Positions 52,301 through 64,000 of a stretch of DNA of 64,000 nt are shown piece after piece. The notes below the pieces were generated by a model, which did no database searches, had not been told where the DNA came from, and saw nothing but the letters and a program-made list of their open reading frames with translations. This DNA is from Hormiphora californensis (taxonomy: Eukaryota > Animalia > Ctenophora): positions 5,518,001 to 5,582,000 of the forward strand of contig CM035356.1 of NCBI GenBank assembly GCA_020137815.1. Reading direction: 5' to 3'. Made by a program: the position numbers and the translations under genes. Positions within the stretch are counted from its first letter, which is position 1. Each line of letters starts with the position of its first letter.

Positions 52301-55300
52301 GTTCGGTCTTATCGTGGCGCTGATATTGGCTCAGACCACTATCTTGTGGGGGGTCGGTTTCGGCTTCGTCTTAGGGCTAATGGAAGGAGGAAGGGTGAAA
52401 GGGTGGCAGTGCCTGACTTGCAGAAGCTCCGAAATGGGAGTAAGATCGTAGAATACCAGGTTGCTCTCAAAAACCGGTTCGAAGAACTGGAGGATGGAGT
52501 AGATTTGGAATCTAGGTGGGATTTCTTCATGAACACCATCAGTGACACGTCTTTGGAAATTCTGGGGAAACGACCAGCCCAGAAGAGGCAGTGTCATCTG
52601 TCTGATACCACCAAGGATCTTATTAGCCAGAGAGCTGAAGCTAAGAGGAAGGGTGAAACAGCTAGTGAGGATTACGGCAGGTTAAGGAAGGTGGCAAAGA
52701 GGAGCAGTAGGGAGGACGAGCAGTTGTGGGCGGACAAACTAGCTGATGATTTGGAAGGTGCAGCAAGGCGTGGTAACCAGAGGGATGTTTGGCAGCTTAC
52801 CAAACAGATCGCTGGTAAGGCGAATTCGAAGGGTGTTGCTGTCCGGGACAATGCGGGTAACCTCCTTTCCGAGGTCGACCAGCAGAGAGGAAGATGGGCG
52901 GAACACTTTTCGACGCTTCTGAATCCCCAAGCATCTCCGGTTAATCTGGTGGATTTGGGGGAGCTTTCAGGGCGGCCTTGTTTTTCGGAGCTTGAAGATA
53001 GCGACGCTGCACCAACAATCACGGAGATCAGCACCGCTCTCAAGCGTCTCAAGAACCACAAGTGTCCAGGACTAGACGGAGTTTCAAATGAGGAGCTGAA
53101 GTTTGGTAGTGCGATGCTTGTGGGACCACTGGAGGCACTGTTTGGAGAGGTGTGGGAGTCTGAGAAGGTACCATCTGACTGGCTCAAGGGAGTTATTACC
53201 GTTCTCCCGAAAAAAGGAGACTCATCGGTATGTGGAAACAACCGCGGAATTACCCTTAGAGCCACCACCTCTAAGCTCTTTCAAATGGTACTTCTGGGCA
53301 GAATGGAGGATGGGCTCGAGAGACTTCTACGAGAAAACCAGTGTGGGTTTCGGAGGGGCCGATCCTGCATTGATCAGATTTTCTCACTGAGGATGGCCAT
53401 CCACCAGGCTTCAGAGTATAACCTGCCCCTCTTTGTCAATTTTATTGACTTTAAGGCTGCTTTTGACTCGATTAACAGAGGGTTCATTTGGGCTGCGTTC
53501 AAGTACTATGGCCTCCCCGATAAATACATCAGAATCCTCAGGAGCTTCTTTGATGGGACAGTCAGCGCGGTTAGGTGGGCTGGTGGACTGTCGGATTGGT
53601 TCGAGGTTCTATCGGGCACAGGTCAGGGTGACATTCAGGGGCCTGTGGTGTTTAATGTCTGCCTGAACCTGGCCGTGGAGCTTAGTGAGGCGCATGGAAG
53701 TCCGTCCCGAGGGTTAGTACTGAGGCAGGAAGGCGACTCAGTAGAGACGGTACTTGATTGTGACTACGCTGACGACATGGCGGTCATGGATAGCACAGAG
53801 GCGGGGCTGCAGGAATCTACTGACTTAATCTGCAAGTTTTCTGAGTATGCCGGGCTGAAGGTGAACACCAGGAAGACCGAGGCCATGGCTGTTGCTAAAT
53901 CTAGTGTACAGCCTCCACCAGAAGTCAGTCTTACCATAGGGGACACAGAAATTAGTCAGGTCAGAGATTTCACCTACCTGGGATCGAAGATAAGTTACGA
54001 TGGGAAACTGGATGGCGAACTTTCTTCTAGAATTGGGAAGGGATCAGGTGCATTCCGGTGCTTGGGGAAGGTCTGGAACAATCGTAACATCCTGGAGCGA
54101 ACAAAAATTCGTATTTATGAGGCTGCGATCCTGACCATCCTACTGTATGGGAGTGAGACCTGGAACACTACCAAGGCACAGATGCACCGTTTGGAGGTTT
54201 TCCACCAGACCTGTCTCCGCCGTATCCTTAAAATCAGGTGGTACAACAAAGTGAGCAATGTTAAGGTCTTGAAGAGAGCGGGAATCAGTACAGTGCAGGG
54301 ATACATCTCCTCGAACCGGCTACGGTGGTTTGGTCATGTGTCCAGGATGCCAGAACATCGGATCCCCAAGATCTTCATGAACTGGGTCCCTAGGCATGGG
54401 AAGAGATCTAGAGGACGACCTAGGAAGACTTGGCTGCAGTGTGTCCGTGAGGATGCCTGTGCTGTTTCAGGAGTTGATAATACCAATGAGGAGTTGATGG
54501 GGAAAGCACAAGATCGTGACGAGTGGCGGCGATTTTCAAGAAGAGCGAGATATTCCGACGCGGGCCACTCTAACGATTGAGGAGACCCCTTCAAGTACAA
54601 GTAAGTAAGATCGTATGCATCTCACATTACATTATAACCAAGCCTTGATCCTGTTGACAGTGACACGTGAAACGGGAGGGCAGGGAAACACAGCATTATG
54701 AATACATAATGCAATAATTCTTGTTTACACCAAATTGTGCCATGGATTTCATGGCTAGGAATCATTGTAAATATCCTAATTTGTGGTAGAAAAAGGGCAG
54801 ACAAGGACGGATAACTTTGCCACAATATGTATTAAGCATGAAACTAACCTAAACAAGTGTAATAATAGTCACTGATAGCATATAAAAGTAGTTTAGAGTT
54901 TTTGAAGTTTTTGAAGTCAACTTCAAAAACTCAAAAAGTAGGGTGGAAAACTTCAAACTTCAAAAACTTCAGCCGCCGCCCCCACCAAATCGTTCATCAA
55001 TTGTCACCAAATCATTCACCAATTATCAACTCACTTTCAAGTAATTTCTTCGCCTGCATCTTGGTGTGAACCAGCCTGTCTAATTACACCTCTCTTGTCA
55101 GGTGAGAACCCCTCTGAATTCCATAAGTGGCTGCCCAAGATGCCTGACCAGAGGACCAAGAAGAAGGGAGGAGTGAAGTACTACCAGAACCAAATGAGAA
55201 TCAACCATAATGGACGGTGAGAAAAGTAGAAAACACACTGCGCCGACCCCATCTGAGCGCACTCTCGCACGCTCAGATTTGAGAATCAAATTGGGGTCTG

Positions 55301-56638
55301 CCATGGCGCCCAATGCGTCCATTGGATTCTGCTTCAACAGTCAGGGGCAAAAATTTCCCACCTAGACTAGGATGGTTCCCGGTATCGTATTACGTATAGC
55401 GCCAAAATAAATAACCGGAACCCAAATAACCCCTAAAATGACTAAAAAAGTGAAAAAATAGCAAACTAGAAATATTAGGTCTGAGGGATACAGCTGATGT
55501 CCCAATTGTCAGTGGTTGTGTAAAACAAAGACTGAATACTCCCCCTCCCCTAGGGGTCTCTTTCTCGAAATTTAACTGTTTTCGACGAGATTTTTCGCGG
55601 CGTCGGCGCCAATTCCAGGAAGCAGTACAAGTGATTTCCAAACAATCAGGGCCTAGAAAAAGGTCCAGTCTATCGTTCTAGGGGGGCTCTTTTTTGAATG
55701 TTTTTCTCACCAAGAGCCCTACCCTCCTCCTAGATGGGACGATACCTTCTCCTACATGGTCCACCCGTACGCCTGTGACTACCAGGGGAAATATATCCTC
55801 TCCGCTACCCACAAGACCTGGCATGATGCCAAATCTGACTGTGAATCAGCTGGTCTTACACTCGCCAAGGTAACAATTAGTCTCTCTGGCTAGTCAGAAT
55901 AGTGAGTGAATCATGGTACCATGGCCAGAAAGATCCATCTCCGGCCCTCCAACCCCTCGTTAGTACCCCTCCCCACTGCCTCACCAGCTGTACTCCTACC
56001 TAACCAGCCCCCCCCCCATATCACCATCTCTCCCGTAATTACACCACCCTTCCCCCATTTAAAGGTGAGGAATGCTGCTGAGGTCCAGGAGATGATCTCT
56101 GCCGCCAAGTACTTCCTGGGACCCGTTGACGAGGAAGTCAAGGTGTTCCATAAGACCAACTGGCTCTGGTTGGGTGGTAATGACCTTGAGACGGAGGGTG
56201 TTTGGCAATGGACCGATGGGTCAGCTGTAAGTCATAGTACAGGGTGGTTCAGAAACATGGAGCCACTTGGAGATAAGAATAGTTATATCTCAAAGTGGCT
56301 CCAAGTTTCTGAACCACCCTGTACTAACACACTAAGAAGCTCTTCATCTGTAATTACCCTCCTCCTTCTATCTCTTGTACCACTAAGACCAAAACCCTCT
56401 TGAGAAGAAAGCTCTCGAATTAGTTTTTTTGAAGTACAATATCTAACGACCCTCTCTCCACACATCTCAGATGGAAGAATTCGATGGGATGACCTGGAGG
56501 AAGCCCAACCCTGACAATGCCGAGTACATTGGAGATGTTGGACAAGACGTCCTCTCTTTCTCAAAGTGGGGAGAATTTGATGATAGTTTTGATACAAAGA
56601 GGAAGAGGCCATTTGCTTGCCAGTGCCCTGGAACGTAA
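49322..56638 (+). CDS. Secreted tandem C-type lectin-domain protein (326 aa); exons 49322-49349, 49704-49810, 50007-50167, 50387-50490, 55102-55216, 55734-55869, 56065-56226, 56471-56638
   Basis: Signal peptide MRILAILAIVALAQA. Domain 1: AEKKC..GNLATV..WVWAGL..WSWADG..W..KMPD..WDD..YAC. Domain 2: TWHDAKSDC..LWLGGND.ETEG.WQWTDG..W..PNPDN..FDD..FAC. All phases consistent. Confidence 0.9.
50552..54982. mobile_element. MULE-like non-autonomous TIR element in lectin intron 4, itself interrupted by the RTE
   Basis: GnCGGCTGAAGTTTTTGAAGTTT ... AAACTTCAAAAACTTCAGCCGCCGCCCC; 8-9-bp TSD (C)ACCAAATC. Confidence 0.75.
51384..54607 (+). mobile_element. RTE-clade LINE with an intact single ORF (APE endonuclease + RT), likely start ATG 51467, stop 54580
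   Basis: TWNV, LTETH, YAPT, GDFNA, IDHI, SDH (APE); NRGITL, QCGFR.GRSC.DQIF, FIDFKAAFDS, QG, YADD, YLGS, WFGHV.RM, RGRPRKTW; (CAAGTA/AGTA) tail; 11-bp TSD AGATCGTATGC at 51373-51383 and 54608-54618. Confidence 0.95.
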
Positions 56639-57185
56639 TCAGCGGAAATGTGATGGAATAAAATGTGTGTTGCGTGTGTTAGAATTGTCATGTCACTAAT
56701 GATTTGAGTTTGAGCGCATGGAAAGCATTTGGTGTTTTGATTGTTGCCCCGAATTACGTCACCCGAAACGAACAAAAAAGAACCCTCACTTTACTGCGAT
56801 TTGACTTACTCAACAACCCTCGCTTACATTGATCAGTCAGACTTCTTCCCTCTTCCTCCCTCATATTCCTAATATGCCAGCCACATATCATAACTTTCTA
56901 ATCTCTGTTATCCCTGTAAAAGCAACAACTTTAGATAACGGGGGGGGGGGACAAAACTCATGAGTGGCTGACAGACATGGAATTCAGCTTTGAAAGGTTG
57001 TAAACAACATACCTTTTTATCGCAGTGATCGGGAAGTTTTGTTTCACCAGTTTAAAGTTTAAACCAGATCCCCCTCTTTTTATCATCCTGGGTTGTTGTA
57101 AGGTGGGATTCCGGGTTATGCCGTCGCTACCAGGGAGGTAGAGGACTTGGTACACCTTAGCTCAGTGCCCCAAAAAAAAGAAGAA

Positions 57186-57240
<55 letters not shown>

Positions 57241-58083
57241 GAGAGAGAGAGCTGGGAGGGAGACAGAGAGAGATGAGGTATGTTTGTGTATGGTTTAACC
57301 GGTCATGTGAGTGAGAGTGTGAAGTTAATGTGTTCTCCCTGTCTCTTGTTTGGGGTTACATAATTATATAATGTCGTAATTTATGTAGTGTGTAAATGGT
57401 GTAGTATACATGAAATGTACATTGTACTAATCTGACTAGTCACAGTACAAAGAATAGTTTTTCGAGAATCGAGAGTGCTGCACATATAATTTACTCTTTT
57501 AGTGGCTTTTCAATAAGTCCGTGACAGGAGTCATTTAAGTCCATGTCGGGTGAATTGTTTAATTACGAATTGAGTGATTGGATACGTTGAGTGATTGGCT
57601 ATGTGAGATGCATCTCCAGTGATGTAACCGGTTCGCAATCAAATCTGAATAGATCACAGTGTAACTGGCAATGTATTATAGATCCTCAACCGATAGTACT
57701 ATCGATTTAGAAGCTTTGTTTATGACTGGACTTCATATGCCTGGCCTTTCCGAACACATCGAGCCATCAAGTTTTAGTAAAACTAAAATTCTGGCGGGCT
57801 TCTGGGCTACTTCCCCTGATAGCTAGGTTGCAACAATGGCAGCACTGCACGTGCCTCAAGACTTGGCTGGGTGTTGGTCAGTAATTGGTAATTGGAAAAT
57901 GGGACAATGTCAGAGAAACAGGAAATCCCACTTTAGAAATCGTGTACTCTTTCCTATCTTTCCCTCTTTCGGTCATGTTCTTTGTTACTATCTTGGGCAC
58001 TCTCTCTCTCTCTCTGCTAGTGTTATTACATGGCACAGTTTACACGATCACAACAAGCAACTATTATCTCTCTCTCCCTCCCT

Positions 58084-58114
<31 letters not shown>

Positions 58115-58657
58115 CTCCCTCTCTCCCTCTCTCTCTCTCTCTCCCCCTCTCTCTCTCTCTCTCTCCCTCCCTCTCTCCCTCTCTCCCTCTCTCTCTCTCT
58201 CTCTCTCCCTCCCTCCCTCTCTCCCTATCTTTATAGCTTGTTAATGCGAATGCCCGCGGTAAATGGACTGAAATCGTTCTCTACTCAGCCAGAAAGCAGT
58301 CTCACTCTCAACAATAATTCTCTCGATCTCTCAAGTCCCAACAATAACTCTCTCTCTCTGGCCTACGCCAATACAGTCTAGCTGTGGCCAATTTGGCAGT
58401 CACTAGCTCTAATTATTCCTGGCTCTGATCTATTGTTGTTTGTGGATGGCAATCTAACCACAATATTGTACTGTGTTACATTCTTTATTAATCGTGTGTT
58501 ACACTCTTGCTTATTTTGTTGTCTCGGCTAGTATAACCGTCTGGCAGCGCTAGACCCAGTTTTGATTCTCAATCTGGAGGCGCTCAGATCATATCGGCAC
58601 TACCAGACATGTCTAGTTAGATTATTATGGACACAGTCATTCTGACACATTCTTTAG

Positions 58658-59472
58658 ATGGCTGGAGAAGAAAGACAGATCCAGTTGGTAGAGGATCAGA
58701 TGATTAGTAACCAGATGATTGAAACAAAGAGTGAACCTCTCCGAGTGCAGATACTTAATAGCTACGGTAAGAGACGCCCCAGCGGCAGGTCGGTAGAACT
58801 TCGACAGAATTTAGGGTAGGTCTGAATTTAGTTGTTGAGTAAGAATTTAGGGTAGGTCTGAATAGTGAATTTAGTTGTTGAGTAAGAATTTAGGGTAGGT
58901 CTGAATTTAGTTGTTGAGTAAGAATTTAGGGTAGGTCTGAATTTAGGGTAGAGACGCGGTTCAGCGACCTAATCATGATTTGATAAACGATACGTTACGG
59001 ACCTACCCTAAATTGTAGGTCTGAATTTAGGGTAGGCCAATTTAGGGTAGGTCCGTAACGTATCATTTATCAAATCATGATTAGGTCGCTGAACCGCGTC
59101 CCTACCCTGTCAGGCCAATGCTCTGACCACAGTTTCGAGAGAAACGAGAATGGGTCAGGCCAATGCTCTGACAGTCCCTACCCTAAATTCAGACCTACCC
59201 TAAATTCAGACCTATCCTAAATTCAGACCTACCCTAAATTCTGTCGAAGTTCTACCGACCTGCCAGTGTCCGGCGGCGCCGACCCGTTCTGAGAATTGAA
59301 ACCATCTTGACAAAACCAACACAGCCATCTTCTAATCTGAATTCGCACCAGCCAAATGACATATCCCACCTCAGTTCGGAGATTTTCAGTGACCATTACC
59401 TACACGCCTGCTATCCCCCGTGGAGTGCTCCCAGACAATATGGATTTCTTACACTTCACATCCGGGGCATAG
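58658..59472 (+). CDS. Possible small two-exon ORF (58658-58766, 59390-59472; 63 aa)
   Basis: TTTAG|ATG..., G|GTAAG donor and TTTTCAG acceptor in phase; no recognisable homology. Confidence 0.25.
58784..59264. mobile_element. Palindromic TIR element with AATTTAGGGTAGGTCTG subterminal repeats; contains a 68-bp CTGTCAG nano-element at 59107-59174
   Basis: GGCAGGTCGGTAGAACTTCGACAGAATTTAGG ... mirrored at the right end; the nested element has a perfect TSD TCCCTACC. Confidence 0.8.
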
Positions 59473-59535
59473 CAACACCACCTCGAAAATAGACAGTTCA
59501 GAGATCGAATCGGGGAGAAGACATGGGGCAGAGGG

Positions 59536-60359
59536 GGGGGGTGCGACATGTTAATTTTGTTAACTTTGTTAATATTAACATCGAGAAAACAGGTGATTTA
59601 TTAACAAATTAACAAAAAGTTAACAAACGTTAACAAATGCCATTTATGCCATTTAAATCACCTTTAGCGCATGTTTTTGGTATTTAACACTTGTTCTGCG
59701 AGCAAAGTTGTTCCTTTTGCACGATTTGCACACCCCTACTAACCTCTACTACGGCTTTTCTACAGCGATTTGTTCCATTGTGCAAATTTTAATAAAAACT
59801 AGCCAAACTAAACCGAAATTGAAGTCAATTGACCCTAATCCACCTTTTTTAAACCCTAAAAACTAAATAAGACTCATGAATTTACCATAAAACAAAAATA
59901 TCCCAAAAATCAATTTTCCTAAAAAAACACAAGGATTTGTAGCGAAGCAAATTTTCAATTTTTGACCAAAAAATTGATTTTGGAAATATTTTGTTTCTTT
60001 TTCTGACAGAAACGTTGTACATCATCTTCTTTCGTTCAAAAAATCGATTATCAATGAAAAAATCACGTTAAAGTGAGATTTTATACGCTAAATTGAAATA
60101 TTTGTAACTTTTGGATTTTTATCGATTTTGAGCCAAAAACATGTATGTCGGACTTTGGTTATCGGAAGAGGCCTTGTTTGGGTATATATGTGTTAGAAAA
60201 GTCATTAAACTATAAAATTAAACCAGTAAAAGTCGTATTATCAACCAATAAGAACAGTCTTTGCTGATTTGTTAACTTTGTTAATTTTGTTAATTAACGT
60301 TAATTAACAAAATCGAAAAAAAGAGGTGATTTATTAACAATTAACATGTCGCCCCCCCC
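59536..60359. mobile_element. MULE-like MITE with G-run TIRs and TTAAC subterminal repeats
   Basis: Gn(T)GCGACATGTTAATT ... AATTAACATGTCGCn; 9-bp TSD GGCAGAGGG. Confidence 0.75.
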
Positions 60360-60492
60360 GGCAGAGGGTTGTATTGTTCATACTATTATGTGTGCAACAG
60401 CACAAGGTAGAGGGTTGTTTACCAGATCAGATTTTTAAACCATTTTCAGCGAAATAAAATGCGGACAACTGTGCGTGTGTTATTTATAACTA

Positions 60493-61256
60493 ACGGGTGA
60501 CAACTAAAAATCTGGACAATTTTCTCAGAGCTCTAGCGCCGGCCCCGCTTGAGATACAGTTTCAGGCCTGAGCTAGAACGATTTTTCAGACAATTTTGAA
60601 TCAGAATAACACAACGGGAAAAATTAAAAAGTTCATTTTCATTGCGTTATCGCATCATTTCCTCTTGACCCACCAAAGCATGTGTACGGAGATTTGAGAT
60701 TTCTGTGTGATCAGAAACGACCTTCCCGATGAGATAAAATTCTCAAATTTTAAATAATGGTTGTTCATGCCATAACCAACGTAACTGCCAAGTTTCAACA
60801 TTTTAGCTTATCATAAAGTTGGTTTCCCACGTCATAAATGTTTCGAGAGATCGTCAAAATGGCGATTTCTCAAATTACCTGTAAACTACGCTTTGAAGGG
60901 TTTGTTACAGATGATTCTGTGATTAGAATTGAGATTATCGGAGTGTGAAACAAAGTTAATTTCGTTCAAAATCGTCTGAAAAATCATTCCATCGCTGCCC
61001 CGAAGCTGTATCTCAAAAAGAACAGGCGCTAGAGGTGCTAGAAAAGTGTGTAAATTTCAAGTACTACATGCTTTGGTGGGTCAAGAGGAAATGATGCGAT
61101 ATCGCAATGAAAATGAACATTTTAGTTGTTCCCGTTGTGTTATTCTGATTCAAAATTGTCTGAAAAATCGTTCTAGCTCAGGCCTGAAGCTGTATCTCAA
61201 GCGGGGCCGGCGCTAGAGCTCACAGAATATTGTCCAGATTTTTAGTTGTCACCCGT
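60493..61256. mobile_element. Tc1/mariner-type MITE with ~200-bp TIRs
   Basis: TA|ACGGGTGACAACTAAAAATCTGGACAAT ... ATTGTCCAGATTTTTAGTTGTCACCCGT|TA. Confidence 0.82.
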
Positions 61257-61565
61257 TATGTGTATGTGTGTTTTATTTGTCAGTTGGCTGTGTGTTTATT
61301 TGTAATAACGGATGATAATAACAAGTTATATAATGGGGTAACTAAAACAGTAAGATTGCACACTTCACAGTTCACAGATCCAGTAATATCGTCATCTTTC
61401 ACTCTCTTTCTCTCGTACTCTCGGAAAAATATAGGACCGACAAAATACATAACTTTCCCTCTCTTATCACGGTTTAAAGTCAATATATAGTCATCTGAAT
61501 TCAAGGGTTCAACCAGCGGGTAACGATCTGCACACACTAACCTAGTGTATGTATGTGTTGGTAAA

Positions 61566-63513
61566 TCACTTGACAAGACCTAGCTTCTTGGCCTCCGTTT
61601 CGTAGATCAATAACCTCCACATTTTAACAACAAACACCTCCGCCTCCTCTTCCAATACCTAGAAAGGAGAAAGTGTGAGATCAGAGATAAGTGTTGGGTA
61701 TGATATCCCCCTTCTTCTATCCTCCAGCGCTGTCTCTCTCATGCTATCGCGCACGCTACGTTTAGTTATAAAGAGAGGGGACACTGTACCCAAAGATAAG
61801 TGTGGCTTAGAGTGGTGCTCATATAGCAATGTAGACACTGCTTTATGCGGGGGACCAGTAGTATGATTGCGAATGGCAGTCTAGCTTGGCAGTAGTATGA
61901 CGGACCAGTCAGCAGCAGAATGTATTGGAATCCATGTTATAATGTGGCCGCCCAATGTTGAAATTATAAAATCTAACCAACTTACAATTGCAACATCCTG
62001 TAGAATGTTCTCGGGGGAGCTCTTGGCGAGGATTTTACTGCAAATAAACCCACAAAGACTGGGCTCCTCTTCCCCGATATACTCCACGATCTTCTTAGTA
62101 ATCCAACTTTTAACCCTTCTCTCCATTAGATCCTTGTCAAGAACTGACCAGTCGAGAGGGAAGGCAAAGAGCTCATCTTTTTGGGTCGGTATCCTGTCAA
62201 TCAGCTGTTTGATGCTCTTTCTCTTGTCCTCTGCACTCAGTACCTTCTCTTCAGTTTTGGGGAGCATTGATTCTGTCTCCTGCAGGGTAAAAACATTATC
62301 ACTCGCTGCGGTAGCTTTAGGAATTTAAGAATGTGGAGGGAGAGAACGAAGGAGTAAGAACTAAAAAAGACAGAGGGAAGGAAAGAAGAACACCTCACGA
62401 CTCAGGGAAAGTAAGACTACCTCACCTTTTTCTCTTCATCAGTTGGCATGGAAAGTTTCATTTTCCTGCTCTGATGTCCACCCTCCTCGTCCTCTTCCTG
62501 GTTGAACACTGCGCTGACCTCCAACTTGCGTCTCTTACCACCAAGCGAAACGGGCTGCTGCTGTTCTGTCTAGAGAGATGGGGCGTGTGAGGATCATTTT
62601 AACATTTAAAATTGAAGTTCAAATGGGAAAAAAGGACACACAAGACGTGAAGACTTAAAAATGGTTTCTTACCCCTTTTGCATTAGATGACTTCATTTGG
62701 AATCCAAATACAGGTGCTACAGGTGCTGCAGCACTGACAGCCTTCATTGTCGGCTGTTTGATAATGATAGTGGTCGGTGGAGTGGGGATGGAGTTGGGTA
62801 GATTGATGTCTGATAAACTGGGAACAAGAGTTTTACTCTGTTTCGACCCGGCATGTTCCGGGGATGGGGAACTCGTATTCCCATCCTCATCATCCTGTTT
62901 ATCTTCTTCTTCTTCCTCTTTGTTCAACTTGGCAATCAAATCGTCGGGATCTTTGTCTGGGTACTCCTCTTGCAGTCTCTTTCTCAGTTCATTATACTCC
63001 TCCATCTCCTTCCTTCTGTCCCTCTCGTCTGCTTCCATCTCCCTCTCCCTATCTCTGATCCTCCGAGCGAGGACTGATCCTCGATAGTATTTTTCATCAT
63101 CTTTCTCGTCATCATAATCTGCTAAAAAGGCGGCGATTTTCTTCCGTTCCCGCAACATTTCTTCTTTTTTCTCCGCTTCGTGGTCTTCGTATTGGTCGTA
63201 TTCCCTCCGCTTGCCCCGCTCTCTCATCTCCCATCCTTCCAATCTTCGACGATAAGCATCCTCCTTCATCCTCTTCTTCTTCTCCAATTTTCGGCGGATT
63301 TGCGCTTCGTCAGCTGGTTCACTGTAAGGAGAGTTTTCTGTTAGTTGATCAGAAACTGATGATCTGTAAATTAAGAGAATTATTGAAATCGGCATTAGCC
63401 GGAAACAATTCCTAAATTAGGAGGATTTACTTACTCTTTTCTGTCTCCGTCAGAACCGCCAGAATCGTGTCCTGAAATGAAGGGATTCCGGTTATGAGTG
63501 TGTTAATCATTCT

Positions 63514-63575
<62 letters not shown>

Positions 63576-63949
63576 GAAAAATAACACGGTAAATAATACT
63601 TCCGTGAACAAAAACATGAATTTGAATATAGGATGTGTGTCACATGACCTAATTGTGGCGCGCGTGTAACAAATACTGACAACATCTGCATTTCATATCT
63701 TGATTGTGCGCGCTCGGTAGACCCTCGGTTGGACTTACGTCGCCTGGCCGAACGGTCTCTTGAACCATTTCTATCCCCGTTTCGGCCCCGTCTCCTCTCC
63801 TCACTCCTCTCTCTTCTTCGTTCGTCAATCCTCCGTTCTCGTTCCTCTCTATCGATCCGATTACTTGGCCGGGATTGGCTACGATCTCGCGAGGATCGCC
63901 GGTCGGGTGAATTTCGACCTCCCCTTCCCCGTCTGTCCTCTTGCTTGTC
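61566..63949 (-). CDS. RBM25: RNA-binding protein 25 (RE/RD-rich + PWI), 5' part outside window; exons 63949-63739, 63471-63435, 63363-62673, 62569-62426, 62279-61986, 61658-61566
   Basis: AYRRRLEGWEMRER, FLADYDDEKDDEKYYRGS; PWI domain IKQLIDRIPTQKDELF..LDW...WITKKIVEYIGEEEP...VLEEEAEVFVVKMWRLLIYETEAKKLGL. Confidence 0.95.
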
Positions 63950-64000
63950 CTAGGGAATGGGGGTGTGTGAGAACGATAGGGATGGAGAATAAATTATCTC

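Overview
Repeat-rich, intron-containing eukaryotic (animal) genomic DNA. It is probably a ctenophore (Pleurobrachia/Hormiphora-like); this is an inference from the gene families and from a 109-bp repeat I recall from Pleurobrachia gene models. Host genes reconstructed with phase-consistent GT-AG exons: (i) a highly divergent N-myristoyltransferase-fold gene (+, <1-12589); (ii) an unknown BTB-like gene; (iii) a tight minus-strand cluster of an unknown His-repeat gene, an intronless DNMT2/TRDMT1 and UBXN1; (iv) an FNIP homolog lying in error-prone assembly; (v) an unknown 228-aa gene; (vi) a secreted tandem C-type lectin; (vii) the 3' part of RBM25. Mobile DNA includes a 5'-truncated Penelope element carrying a minimal hammerhead ribozyme, a 5'-truncated LOA/R1-type RT-RNaseH LINE, an intact RTE LINE nested in a MULE-like element inside a lectin intron, a CR1 fragment, two kb-scale foldback palindromes and many MITEs. 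The most unusual signals are tandem arrays whose repeat unit straddles a splice junction (at least 8 cases), a family of CTGTC...GACAG nano-elements reduced to as little as 23 bp with a perfect 8-bp TSD, the NMT paralog lacking both NMT signatures, and a possible trans-spliced operon.
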